A stretch of 63,951 nt of DNA, filler included, from Reticulomyxa filosa (taxonomy: Eukaryota; Protista; Foraminifera), in NCBI GenBank assembly GCA_000512085.1. It is 26 parts of 26 records of this genome, joined end to end, with 100 filler letters (N's around TTAATTAATTAA, not from the genome) between each part and the next. Parts side by side here need not be neighbours in the genome. Positions count along the whole stretch, not along the records: positions 54,623 to 55,882 come from ASPP01049589.1; positions 55,983 to 60,878 come from ASPP01019460.1; positions 60,979 to 62,730 come from ASPP01002914.1; positions 62,831 to 63,951 come from ASPP01022743.1; 22 more parts are not named here. The stretch is one strand, 5' to 3'. Both the position numbers and the translations under genes were made by a program. This document shows, one piece after another, positions 54,662-63,951 of this stretch. Positions within the stretch are counted from its first letter, which is position 1, and the number at the start of each line of letters is the position of its first letter. The notes under the pieces were generated by a model. The model was not told the DNA's origin. It ran no database searches and was given only the letters and a program-made list of their open reading frames with translations.

Positions 54662-55882
54662 ATGAGTACACAGGTTTACAGTCAACGTACTGACAATGAA
54701 GCATGCTCTATTGTACCCCGGAACCTCATCAACGACTTGGAACATTCGCCATTAATTTTACAAAATGAGATGGTGAAAGACAAAACTTTGAACCGAAAAG
54801 TAAGCAACGTGGACGAGGCTTTGCCTGAGAACAAACTATTAGAGTTAGACGGACCGGAAGAAGACAAGGAAAATGTCACACCTAAGGGTCTTACTTTGAC
54901 CTGGGAAGCAAATAGTGTGAAGATAAATGGTATGCGTTCATCTCCAACAACTTGTAGGCAAGACCTAGAAAATCAATTAGTTGTAAGATTATTAGACTTG
55001 GAAGAATCAGTCGCAAGTCAGGCAATGGAGAAGCCAGTCGAAACAAAGGTAGTCGTGGCAAGTCATGTCTATGCAGACAAAGAGAACAGCGACAATAGTA
55101 CCATAGAAAACGCACAACTAGTAAGGACAATCGATAGACTCAACCACACCCTTAAACAAAGGAAAAGAAGTGATGCAGAAGCGAAAATCGAAAAAATGGG
55201 CCAAAAAGGCAAGTATTTGGACTCCCACGGATTATTAGAGGTGAGACCGTTGGGAAAAGTCGTTGCAAATCAAAAACCGGCAGAGAGCAAGCAAAGCGAA
55301 ATCTCCAAAGGAAAAATGTTGGTACAGAAAGGAGACAACTCTGGCGAAGCCCCGCCTGGTAACAGGCAACCAAGATCAGTTCGGATAGAAAAGGAGGAAG
55401 AGAACGCCCTCAAAGCATCGGAGAGACCAGATGAAATAGGGTTTAAAATGGTGAGTTATGACGGTGCAAACAAAGAAAGCGGTACTCATGTCAATTATCG
55501 AATAGGCAGAGTACAAGACTCGAATAGCGACCCTAATCGGGGGATAAAGATTGGAAGGGACAAAGGAGCAAAAGTTGAAAAATTGGCCCAAAAAGGCAAA
55601 GACTTCGATATCCTCGAAAAATTAGTAAAGAAAACAGATCCGGATCGAAAGTTGGCGAAAAAGTCTCAAAGTTCCGGGAGAACCCCAGACAAAAAAGTTT
55701 TATCAACCGAACAACATCTTAATTGCAAGACCCCACGCAGGGGTGAGTTACAGATGGCCCCCTTCCAAGATATTAGCGCCGCCATCCTCAATAACAAAAT
55801 CCAATGTCGATGCGGATTCAGCATGGCGACAAGGTACTACCACAACACCAACACCAACTCCCCAAAAGTGAAAGTGAAGTCG
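54662..55882 (+). CDS. Intron-less K/E-rich ORF of unknown function (possibly TE-encoded), 3' truncated
   Basis: More than 400 aa open without introns. Internal repeat AKIEKMGQKGK/AKVEKLAQKGK, and CRCG near the end. Confidence 0.55.
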
Positions 55883-56196
55883 NNNNNNNNNNNNNNNNNN
55901 NNNNNNNNNNNNNNNNNNNNNNNNNNTTAATTAATTAANNNNNNNNNNNNNNNNNNNNNNNNNNNNNNNNNNNNNNNNNNNNCTTATATGAGCAGGTTAA
56001 TGCAATTTTTGACAGTATTTATTAATCGGTATTTTATACTAGGATTTTTGGCATATAATTTAATTTTATCTGCAATTGCGCCGTGCTGAGTGGTTATTTC
56101 CATTTTGGAAATAACCAGTTTCCCATCTTGCTCCCCTTCTTCAAAGATATTGAGAATTATAGACATAAAAATTAATCCGTATTAAAATCAAAAACA

Positions 56197-56795
56197 ATGA
56201 ATTAATTTATTTCACAAAAAAGTGCAGAAGAAGCCTATAATATAGGAAAGTTACTTAGATATAACATTGGGCAGATCTCTAACATTGTCACTAGCCCGCT
56301 ACGCAGGCGCATTGAAACAAGTAAACTCATTATAGATGGCAATAGCAAAAATTAATATAACGCATAGTAAAATATTACGAAATGCGTTCTTAGACAAACC
56401 AAAAGAAGCACGTGCGGTATTCCAAAATACTAAAATGCAAGACATTGTAAGAGATCAAATTAATCGGAAGCAATTAATGGGGTTTAAACGCATAGAAGAA
56501 GAAAGTAAGGAATTACTAGACTATATTTTACCTTATTTCCTAAAGCCAAATCAACTTAACGTATATATTACGCATGACGTGTTATTAGCAACTTTTTTTG
56601 TCAAATTCAAATGTAAGCGCGTTGGAAACAGAGTGGTTTGATTATTTAGAAGGATTTGCAATACAAAAAAATTCTAAAAAAACCAAGCTTACTATTTATT
56701 ATAAAAATAAGATTTTTGAATTTAATTTAAATTCTCTTTTAATCGAATACTTTACGCCGACTATGGAGAAGGTCTTAAATCATGTACGATTATAA
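56197..56795 (+). pseudogene. Frameshifted histidine-phosphatase-superfamily gene
   Basis: IVTSPLRRRIETS (SPL.R..ET motif), VYITHDVLLA and WFDYLEG are spread over three frames. Confidence 0.55.
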
Positions 56796-56889
56796 GATTT
56801 TGCAACATAAACGAGGTAAAAATTTATTAATAGAACATTGTATATCATTTTTTAAGATTTCAAAATCTCTTTTGATACAATTTAATTTG

Positions 56890-57375
56890 CTAATTTTTTC
56901 CAAAAAGTTCTTCATTTCTAAGCAAAGGTATCTTAATATTACAAAGTTGTTCATAAGTTAAATTAGCTCTTACCGCACCATATTTTGTATCATACCTATT
57001 AATTACCTTTGAATAGTATGGTGTTTTCAGAATATATAATAAATATTCTGAATTAAGAACGTTTTTAAACTGTGATTTAACTCTAAAAACAATATAAATC
57101 CCACTTACATAACCATTATTTAACCCTTCGGATACCACCCCTAAAGAACCAACATTAATTCTATGTGGATTATATGATAAATCACCAGTTTGAACTTGTT
57201 TATATTTTTGATTAATTACCTCACCTTTTAAGGTTTCGTTATCAAAAATACCAATGCCATTACTAACGCCTAAGATTCTAAAATCTTCTGTTGGAAACTG
57301 CGAAGGTTCTATTTTTGTATTTACCTCTTCTATATAATCACCAAGCCTTACAACTATACCTCTATAAGCTAGCAT
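56890..57375 (-). CDS. hsdS: Type I restriction-modification specificity (HsdS)-like single TRD protein, possibly frameshifted at the 3' end
   Basis: RLGDYIEE, YKQVQTGDLSYNP.RINVGSLG, VSGIYIVF, LNSEYL, RANLTYEQLCNIKIPL. AGGAG lies just upstream of the ATG. A helical continuation (LEKISKLNCIKRDFEILK) is in another frame. Confidence 0.7.
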   Translation of the reverse strand: MLAYRGIVVRLGDYIEEVNTKIEPSQFPTEDFRILGVSNGIGIFDNETLKGEVINQKYKQVQTGDLSYNPHRINVGSLGVVSEGLNNGYVSGIYIVFRVKSQFKNVLNSEYLLYILKTPYYSKVINRYDTKYGAVRANLTYEQLCNIKIPLLRNEELFGKN

Positions 57376-57610
57376 TTCTCCTACCTCTCTAAAACTAAGG
57401 CTGAATCTATAAGCTTAATACTGCAAATTTTATTATTTCTTTCGGATATCTGTGTCTTTTATATGGATTATGAGAAGTAAGCATAAGAATAATTTTAAAC
57501 TTTATTCTAGCTTACAATTATAAAACTTTTATATTGGTCGCGCTAGATTTTTTTACTTACCTACTTAACTTGGCAGTGCCCTCTTATCTTTATAATTTTT
57601 ACATATAAAA

Positions 57611-57650
57611 GTATTTAAATATATACATCTAGATGTATATATTTAAATAC
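57611..57650. promoter_or_regulatory. Perfect 40-bp palindrome upstream of parA
   Basis: gtatttaaatatatacatct|agatgtatatatttaaatac. Confidence 0.8.
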
Positions 57651-57712
57651 CATTTTTTTCGAGCACTAATACTAGCAAATATAGTTAGTATTTATAAATT
57701 TCATTACATAAC

Positions 57713-57740
57713 TATACATGGATATGCATATCCATGTATA
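57713..57740. promoter_or_regulatory. Perfect 28-bp palindrome adjacent to the parA promoter
   Basis: tatacatggatatg|catatccatgtata; shares TATACAT/ATGTATA arms with the 40-bp palindrome. Confidence 0.8.
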
Positions 57741-57750
57741 TACATATTTA

Positions 57751-57779
57751 TTGACAAAAATCTATATACTTATTATCGT
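57751..57779 (+). promoter_or_regulatory. Sigma70-type promoter of parA
   Basis: TTGACA-17bp-TATCGT, about 30 nt upstream of the ATG at 57811. Confidence 0.6.
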
Positions 57780-57810
57780 ATTATGAATTTTTGAATTCAG
57801 TTTAACTTCA

Positions 57811-58461
57811 ATGCCTATAAAAATTATTACTATTGCAAATAGAAAAGGAGGTGCTGGTAAAAGCACTTGTGCTGCACACTTTGCTTTAGAAGCCTCTACA
57901 AAAAATAATAAAGTCATTTTATTAGATCTTGACCCTCAAAAAACTCTTGAAAGCTGGTGGGAAAAAAGAACCGAAGAAAATCCATACATGGCCGATGCTT
58001 CAGCACAAAATTTAAGAGAAAAGATAGCCTTAATAAAGACAAAAGGATTTGATTATTGCATAATTGACACTCCTGGTGATACATCAATAAATGCTGTGGA
58101 AGCTATAAAATTAGCTGATCTCATTATTATTCCATGCAAACCAACTTCACCTGATTTGAAGGCCATAGGAAGAACTATATCTATGGTACAAGAAAATAAC
58201 AAAAATTATATATTTGTTTTAACGCAAACTATTTCTAAAGCAACCTCTACAATACAAGCAGCATCTGTATTATCAGATTTTGGGCCCATTGCTCCAGCTA
58301 CCATAGCTAATAGAATTGCTTATGCAAATGCAATGTCTTCAGGCGGCACTGCCTGTGAGTTAGATAAAAATGCTGCAATTGAGGTTCAAAAAGTTTGGGA
58401 ATTTATTATGAAAAAACTAGATATAAAATATGTCAATGAGTCAGGAAAAGAAAAAATTTAA
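57811..58461 (+). CDS. parA: Plasmid partition ATPase ParA (short, type Ib-like)
   Basis: Deviant Walker A KGGAGKST, DLDPQ, IIDTPG and ADLIIIPCKP; 216 aa with no N-terminal HTH. Confidence 0.93.
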   Translation: MPIKIITIANRKGGAGKSTCAAHFALEASTKNNKVILLDLDPQKTLESWWEKRTEENPYMADASAQNLREKIALIKTKGFDYCIIDTPGDTSINAVEAIKLADLIIIPCKPTSPDLKAIGRTISMVQENNKNYIFVLTQTISKATSTIQAASVLSDFGPIAPATIANRIAYANAMSSGGTACELDKNAAIEVQKVWEFIMKKLDIKYVNESGKEKI

Positions 58462-58669
58462 CTTAACTTCAAACATGATAAGCATTTCACAGAAGGAGGA
58501 TGCTTTGAATTTAGAAGAGCTAGCCCCTAAACAAGAAATGACTAATCTTACTCTTAGAGTACCAAAAGAGTTTTTAAAAGAATTTAAAGTATGGTGTGCT
58601 ATGAGAGAACTAACTATGAGTAATGCTTTACAAATAGCTTTTGATAAATTAAAAAATAAAAAAATATAA
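58430..58669 (+). CDS. Small ribbon-helix-helix partner of ParA (ParG-like centromere-binding protein)
   Basis: Overlaps the parA end. Flexible N-terminus, then NLTLRVPKEFLKEFKVWCAMRELTMS, an RHH pattern. Confidence 0.7.
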   Translation: MSMSQEKKKFNLTSNMISISQKEDALNLEELAPKQEMTNLTLRVPKEFLKEFKVWCAMRELTMSNALQIAFDKLKNKKI

Positions 58670-58812
58670 TCCCAAATATATATATTTAATTACGTCATAC
58701 GTATAATAGAGATATTAATCTAATAATATCTGACAAAAGTATGTACTTCTATACGTGAGTAATTATTTACGTATCCAACTTACTTTCTATATAGTAAAAA
58801 TTAAAAATTTTA

Positions 58813-58841
58813 TTGACATATACTTCATAACTTATCATATT
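58813..58841 (+). promoter_or_regulatory. Sigma70-type promoter for the copG-like gene/rep
   Basis: TTGACA-17bp-CATATT. An imperfect palindrome atacgtgagtaa|ttatttacgtat lies upstream at 58751-58774. Confidence 0.45.
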
Positions 58842-58867
58842 AGCATGATATTTTAAGAAAGTTTATA

Positions 58868-59116
58868 ATGTCTGAAGATAACAAAAATAAATCAGAGAAA
58901 CTGGACACTTTTGCACGGTGTACAATAACCGTACCATTACAGCTATTAATAAATGTAGATATAGAAAGAAAAAAATATAACCTAAATAGATCCGCTTTCA
59001 TAAAAAAGGTACTAGAAGATAAATTTTCAGTAGAGTCAGATAAAGATAATTATGCTAATGATTTTATAGAAATAAAGAATAAATTAGATGAAATAAAAGT
59101 AATGCTAACTAGATAA
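58868..59116 (+). CDS. CopG/RHH-like small repressor
   Basis: RCTITVPLQLLINVD...NLNRSAFIKKVL RHH pattern plus a C-terminal coiled coil; lies directly upstream of rep. Confidence 0.65.
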   Translation: MSEDNKNKSEKLDTFARCTITVPLQLLINVDIERKKYNLNRSAFIKKVLEDKFSVESDKDNYANDFIEIKNKLDEIKVMLTR

Positions 59117-59120
59117 AATG

Positions 59121-59230
59121 AAGGCGCACACACCGTACAAGGAGCTTACGCCCTCAATTATCGTATACTCAAAACAAAGTATATGATAACCAAAGTACGA
59201 TATTTAGTCAAATAAAAAGTGCGCCTTTTT
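59121..59230. ncRNA. Structured rep leader / candidate antisense copy-control RNA
   Basis: Outer stem aaggcgcac (59121) / gtgcgcctt (59219-59227) followed by a T run. Inner hairpin ttatcgtatact-caaaacaa-agtatatgataa (~59158-59189). Confidence 0.4.
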
Positions 59231-59259
59231 AATAATATTTTATTAAAAAGGTATAAAAA

Positions 59260-60701
59260 ATGACTCAGTCATACAACATAAGAGCTAACAACTCATCCAC
59301 TCAGGATAACTTCTTTACAATACCAGAGTCCTTAGCCTTACATATAGGTTATGAAGAAGCACTGGTACTAACACGAATCCAATATTGGATAAAAGTCTGT
59401 GGTAAATCATTAGCTAATGAACCAGGTTCATGGATATATAATTCTTTAAAGAAGTGGCAAGAACAATTCTCTTCATTTAGCTTATATAAAATCAAAAAGA
59501 TTATTTATTCTTTAGAAAGAAAAGGTCTTTTGTTATCTAAAAAAGTTAACGCTAAAAAATGTAATCACACTAAATGGTACACTATTAACTTTGACAAGCT
59601 TAGTTCTATAATAGAACCATTAAAAACTGGCATTAAAAAAATTTACTCAAAATCAACCAATCGATTAGTCGAAAATCAACCAATCGATTAGTCGAAAATC
59701 AACCAGTCTATAATAGTATACAAAATAATAACTATACAAATATGTCTTCTTATAAAGAAAAGACTACCCAAAATTCAAATTTAGAAGAAGAGAATTTAAA
59801 TAAGAAATTACAAGAAACAGTAGTAGAAAGAAAATACTCTCAAAACAATGGTAATCAAAAATCTGTCTCCAAAAGAACTTATACATCAAAACCAAATGAA
59901 CTTGTAGTTACTCTAAAAGCAAGTGATGAGCAGCAGAAGATAGCAAAAGAGATGGTTACCATATGGAACGAAGAATTTCGATACAGTATTAAACCAATTA
60001 AAGCATACTGCAGCAAGAACACAAATGTTAAACTTTACCATCTCTACAAAGAAACTTTTAGTGAGGATCTAGAAAAATGGAAAAACTACGCCCTTAAGGT
60101 AAACAGTAGCAAGTTCTTAATGGGGGAAAAACCAACAAAAACAGGTTTTAAAGCTGTATTTTCATGGTTAGTTAAGCAAGATGTGGTAGAGGACATACTA
60201 AATGGTGCATATGGAGTAGGAGATAGGGAGCTAGATAAAAATAATTTATCCCAAAACATAGAGAAACAAAAAGAACTCATAGTACAAAAAACTAATGATA
60301 AAATAGTCGAATATATCAAAAACAATATTTCTGAGTCAAAGGAAAAGTATGAATTTAATTCCTATGTTTTAGAAAAAAGATTTGAAGATGATGGTGATAG
60401 ATATTGTATTAAGCACCTAGTCACCAATAATACCTGGTTATCACCACATAGTTTGGTTTATGATAGTAAAAATAAAGGCTTGCATCAAAGTTTATATGAG
60501 TCATATGTAATGAAGAAATACTTTGGTAAAACCAATTTAGAAGCAAGAACAAAGGTTAAGCATAGTATTGATGATATATCCAATAAAACTGCAGGAATAG
60601 AGCTTTTTAAAAAGCTAAGTGATCTTAATAATCAAATCAGCTGTTTAGATTTAGAAGTAACAAAAAAATCATTGCATTTAAAGGATATCTTTTATATCTA
60701 A
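59260..60701 (+). CDS. Phage/plasmid-type replication initiator split by a 23-bp tandem duplication (472 aa if one unit is removed)
   Basis: N-terminal wHTH initiator motif LALHIGYEEALVL..IQYW...WIYNSLKKWQEQF...TKWYTI. C-terminal part has SKFLMG...GFKAVFSWL...ILNGAY. Deleting one repeat unit fuses ORFs 59260 and 59742 with no stop. Confidence 0.75.
59649..59705 (+). repeat. Iteron-like 23-bp direct repeat (2.5 copies) inside rep
   Basis: aaaatcaaccaatcgattagtcg at 59649 and 59672, partial at 59695. Followed by an AT-rich tract. Confidence 0.9.
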
Positions 60702-60730
60702 GGCCAACGAAATTTATTTTTGGTTAAGGT

Positions 60731-60878
60731 ATGAGATCTTTAGTTAGTAGGTATTTAGGTACAGGGCTGGTTTGCATTAGTCTCTTAAGTTTAGTTAGCT
60801 GTAGTACTACCCTAGATTTAGCAGAGCAGGAATACAAAAAAGCAATAGAACTTGATCCTAAAAATGCAAATGCGCACA
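60731..60878 (+). CDS. TPR-containing lipoprotein (partial)
   Basis: Signal peptide with lipobox LVSC, then AEQEYKKAIELDPKNANAH (TPR). Confidence 0.75.
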
Positions 60879-60978
60879 NNNNNNNNNNNNNNNNNNNNNN
60901 NNNNNNNNNNNNNNNNNNNNNNTTAATTAATTAANNNNNNNNNNNNNNNNNNNNNNNNNNNNNNNNNNNNNNNNNNNN

Positions 60979-61922
60979 ATAATTAAAAGCATTATCGAAT
61001 TGTTTCCCAGACAATTTCACTGTAATTGTCTCAAGTACTTTTCCATACTCCCAATAATCATCTTCATTGAGCATGTCTTTTAAAGAATCGAAAGAATCAT
61101 TTAATTGTTTTTCATTCCATTTCATTGAGAGTTTTCCAAGTAATTTTGCGCATTTGGTACGATTATTTGCATCTTCCTTTTCATCGGATAATCGATTAAT
61201 CAAACATTAAAAAACATCATCTAATTGTTTATCATTCCATTTCATTGAGAATTTTTCAAGTAATTGTGCGCATCTTCCACGATTATACCCATTTTCCTTT
61301 TCATCGCATAATCGATTAATCAAACATTGAAAGACATTATCTAATTGTCCTTCTTTCAATTTCATCAGAAATTGAGTCGCGCCTGTAAAAAAACCGTTAT
61401 TATAAAAATATGAAGGAAACCTATGAATGAAACATTGGATTGCATTATCCAACTGCTTTCCTCCCAATTGTGATGAAATCGTTGCAAGTGCGTGTGCACA
61501 TTCATCACAAATTGTAATTATTCCACTGTCAAAGACATTCATCAAACATTCAAACACTTTATTCAATTGTCTCTCATTCAATTTCAATGCTATTTTTGAA
61601 ATTGAAAATGTACAATATATATGAATATCTTTGCGAACAAATCCATCCATGAAAAATTCAATAACATCATCCAATTATTGTTCATTTTATCTTTTTGTTG
61701 TTGGGTCAAAAGAGCCAATCGAATGTAACATGTGCCAATGGATTGTTCATGGTCATCGAATGGAGCCAATTTATCTTGTGATTGGTAATGTCTCATTAAT
61801 TTTTGTCTGATTGAATTTAATTGTTTGTTTTCACTTTGCGCTTTGCCGTTGTCGCTTTTTTCTTCGTTACTACTTGAAGCTTGTGCAAGAAGGTCCTCAT
61901 TTGCTTGTATTTGGTCATCCAT
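60979..61922 (-). pseudogene. HEAT-like repeat protein pseudogene of an expanded family
   Basis: ~40-aa (120-bp) repeats QLDNVFQCLINRL..EKE....R.CA.LL. Frameshift at ~61690 and in-frame TAA at 61207. N-terminal piece reads LMRHYQSQDKLAPFDD..CYIRLALL. Confidence 0.7.
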
Positions 61923-63231
61923 GGTATTTTTTTTTTCTGAAACTTTGAAAAATTTTGATGAAGGGCTTGTTTAAAATTTTTTAGAGTTTTTGTTTGAGTT
62001 GTAGAGTTTTTTTTGTCAACTGGTTTTTTTATGCAATTTCAATATATCTCACAAGTTTTTCAACAATAAACTGTTTGATAAAAATATTGACAAGGATCAC
62101 AGTTTTTTTGAATTATGAATAAAATACTCCGATTTGTCATTCCTTTGAAAGAAAGAAAAAGCTGAATTGTATCAGACAGTTTTATTTGTTAGAATCTTCC
62201 TCTAATTGATGCAAAATTACTTTGTTCAATTTGAGATCTATTTGTTACTTAAAAAACTAGAGCTATATTTTGTTTTAACAGCACTTTCTTCAAAAAAAAA
62301 AGGGGACAACAAAATCAATTATTTTAATTTTGTTTATAGATTTTTTAAGGGCACAGGATCGAGAGTAGTTGCCGCTTTTATTTTCTTATCAATGTTCATC
62401 ACGGTTAAGAAAAAGGACCCTTTTTTTTTTTTTACGATGTCAAGGTATCGAATCGTGACTTATCTTTTGTTTTTCTTCCAACGAGAAAAAAAAATACAAA
62501 ATTATCTGATACTTTGTGTACGTAACAAAGTAATAATTTTTTTTTTTGGGGTGAGACACGTGTCATCCACAAATGTGGCAGTGCTTGCTTCTTGTTCTTT
62601 GTTGCTTTCATTGGAAGCTACACTCACTTCTTCTTTTTTTATTTTTCTTTTCATTTCCATTTTCTTTATCTTTTTTTTTATCTGGAATCGCCATATTCGC
62701 TCAGCTCGTCCCATTCTTTTGGTGTTAGTCNNNNNNNNNNNNNNNNNNNNNNNNNNNNNNNNNNNNNNNNNNNNTTAATTAATTAANNNNNNNNNNNNNN
62801 NNNNNNNNNNNNNNNNNNNNNNNNNNNNNNTGAGAGCAAAGCAAATGTTTTAGAATGGGTTAATTATGTATGGTTCATATGCAATACTTACACACTTCAT
62901 CGGTTCAGGCAATGTACTACAATAGAGCCATAATGGCCAAATAAAACACACTTTTGTTCCCTTCGTTTTTTTCCATTTAAACAACACTTTACACTTAATT
63001 CACAAGTAACGCTTTAAGGAAATCGTTTGTTTTTTTTTTTTTTTGACAATAGAAACTTATTTTTGGAGGAATTTTTTTTTTAGTTTAATAATCTTTTTTG
63101 GTTTTATTTTTTTTATTATTATTAATGCAAACCATAAAAATGTGCAAGAAATTTGATTGAAAAAAAAAAAAGCTGCTTTAGATGAACAAGTTCCACTTTT
63201 AAAAAAACTTTCGCTCTCGTCATTGTCATTG

Positions 63232-63247
63232 TTATTCATTTTCCTTT

Positions 63248-63282
<35 letters not shown>

Positions 63283-63915
63283 ACTTTCATCATCATCATC
63301 ATCATCATCATTATCATTATCACCATCATCATCATCATCATTTTCATCCTCATCTTCGTCATCCTCATTATCTTCATCTTCCGCCTCTTCGACGCGTGCA
63401 TATGTTGCGCCTTGTGTAGCATTGATGTCATGTCCAGGAGACGGCGAAGCGTCATCGACGGGAGAGCGCTCGTCATAGACCACGTAGTCTCCGTTGTCAG
63501 TGGCTGGAGAGAGATGCAGCTGCGACATGAGCAGAGGCGTATCGGGTCCATCTTGGGGTGGAGGAGGTGACAAAAGGGGGTCCGCCATTCCCCCTTGAAG
63601 AGAAGACTGATCGGAATTGCCGATGGAATTGGAAGAAGGTTTGAATGAGAATTTGCGAACGTCGTTCAAATAGTGATACCACGATTTGGGACGGTTCTCA
63701 CAATAGCAAGTGGACACTGTCGCCGCGCCCAGCAATATCCACGCCACTATCAATAAGATCACCGATGTACCGATTGCCGCATCTTGATCAAAACAATTCC
63801 CAAATATTGACGACTCTATGAAGTTCGCTACCGTCCGCGAAAAATATCCAAACCATGTCGCCAAAGCCACCAACAATGATATCACGCCAATCAAGTTAAA
63901 TATTGTTGCGACTTG
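63232..63915 (-). CDS. Membrane protein last exon with acidic D/E tail
   Basis: Two TM helices flank a Cys-containing loop, followed by a long poly-D/E tail ending in a stop at 63232. Confidence 0.65.
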
Positions 63916-63951
63916 CCGCATTGTCTCTAAACATATTATAAGTATATACAT

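Larger units (their letters stand above)
55983..60878. mobile_element. Bacterial plasmid/prophage-like replicon contig (probable endosymbiont or contaminant)
   Basis: Gene-dense, intron-less and AT-rich, with TTGACA promoters, a parA-RHH operon, a phage-type initiator, an hsdS-like gene and a lipoprotein. Confidence 0.85.

Noticed and set aside
59649-59705. 23-bp repeats as a mini CRISPR array
   Set aside because: The units are directly abutting with no spacers, and no cas genes are present.
3383-61209. TAA/TAG reassigned to Gln (ciliate-type code)
   Set aside because: Conserved host genes (SPRY, SF-assemblin, MAPEG, carrier) end at TAA and have no internal TAA/TAG. In-frame stops occur only in decayed repeats that also carry frameshifts.
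1128-62830. Regularly recurring TTAATTAATTAA between N-runs (looks like a repeat array)
   Set aside because: Synthetic six-frame-stop contig linker. ORFs ending XXX..LIN are artefacts, and adjacency across linkers is meaningless.

Overview
This window is not contiguous DNA. It is about 26 short contigs joined by an artificial linker (N-run + TTAATTAATTAA + N-run), so neighbours across a linker say nothing about gene context. Most contigs are AT-rich eukaryotic DNA with short GT-AG introns, poly-A/T and (TA)n tracts, and lineage-expanded Kelch and HEAT families. This is consistent with a foraminiferan such as Reticulomyxa filosa (inference). Recognisable host genes include a multi-TM/TKL kinase fusion, a SPRY protein, NDUFB9, exportin-T, SF-assemblin, a Kelch protein, Sin3, a MAPEG protein, a LamG protein, a DHHC palmitoyltransferase, a SAM/alpha-kinase and a mitochondrial carrier. 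Two contigs stand out. (1) 18016-20312 (-) is an intron-less, decayed reading frame in which a divergent kinesin motor-like domain is joined to the zinc-finger/pre-RT region of a CRE-type non-LTR retrotransposon. It is a candidate microtubule-binding retroelement. (2) 55983-60878 is a bacterial plasmid/prophage-like replicon (hsdS-like, parA, two RHH genes, structured leader, phage-type initiator, TPR lipoprotein). A 23-bp iteron-like duplication splits its rep gene exactly out of frame. Product calls come from motif recognition by eye; no searches were run.
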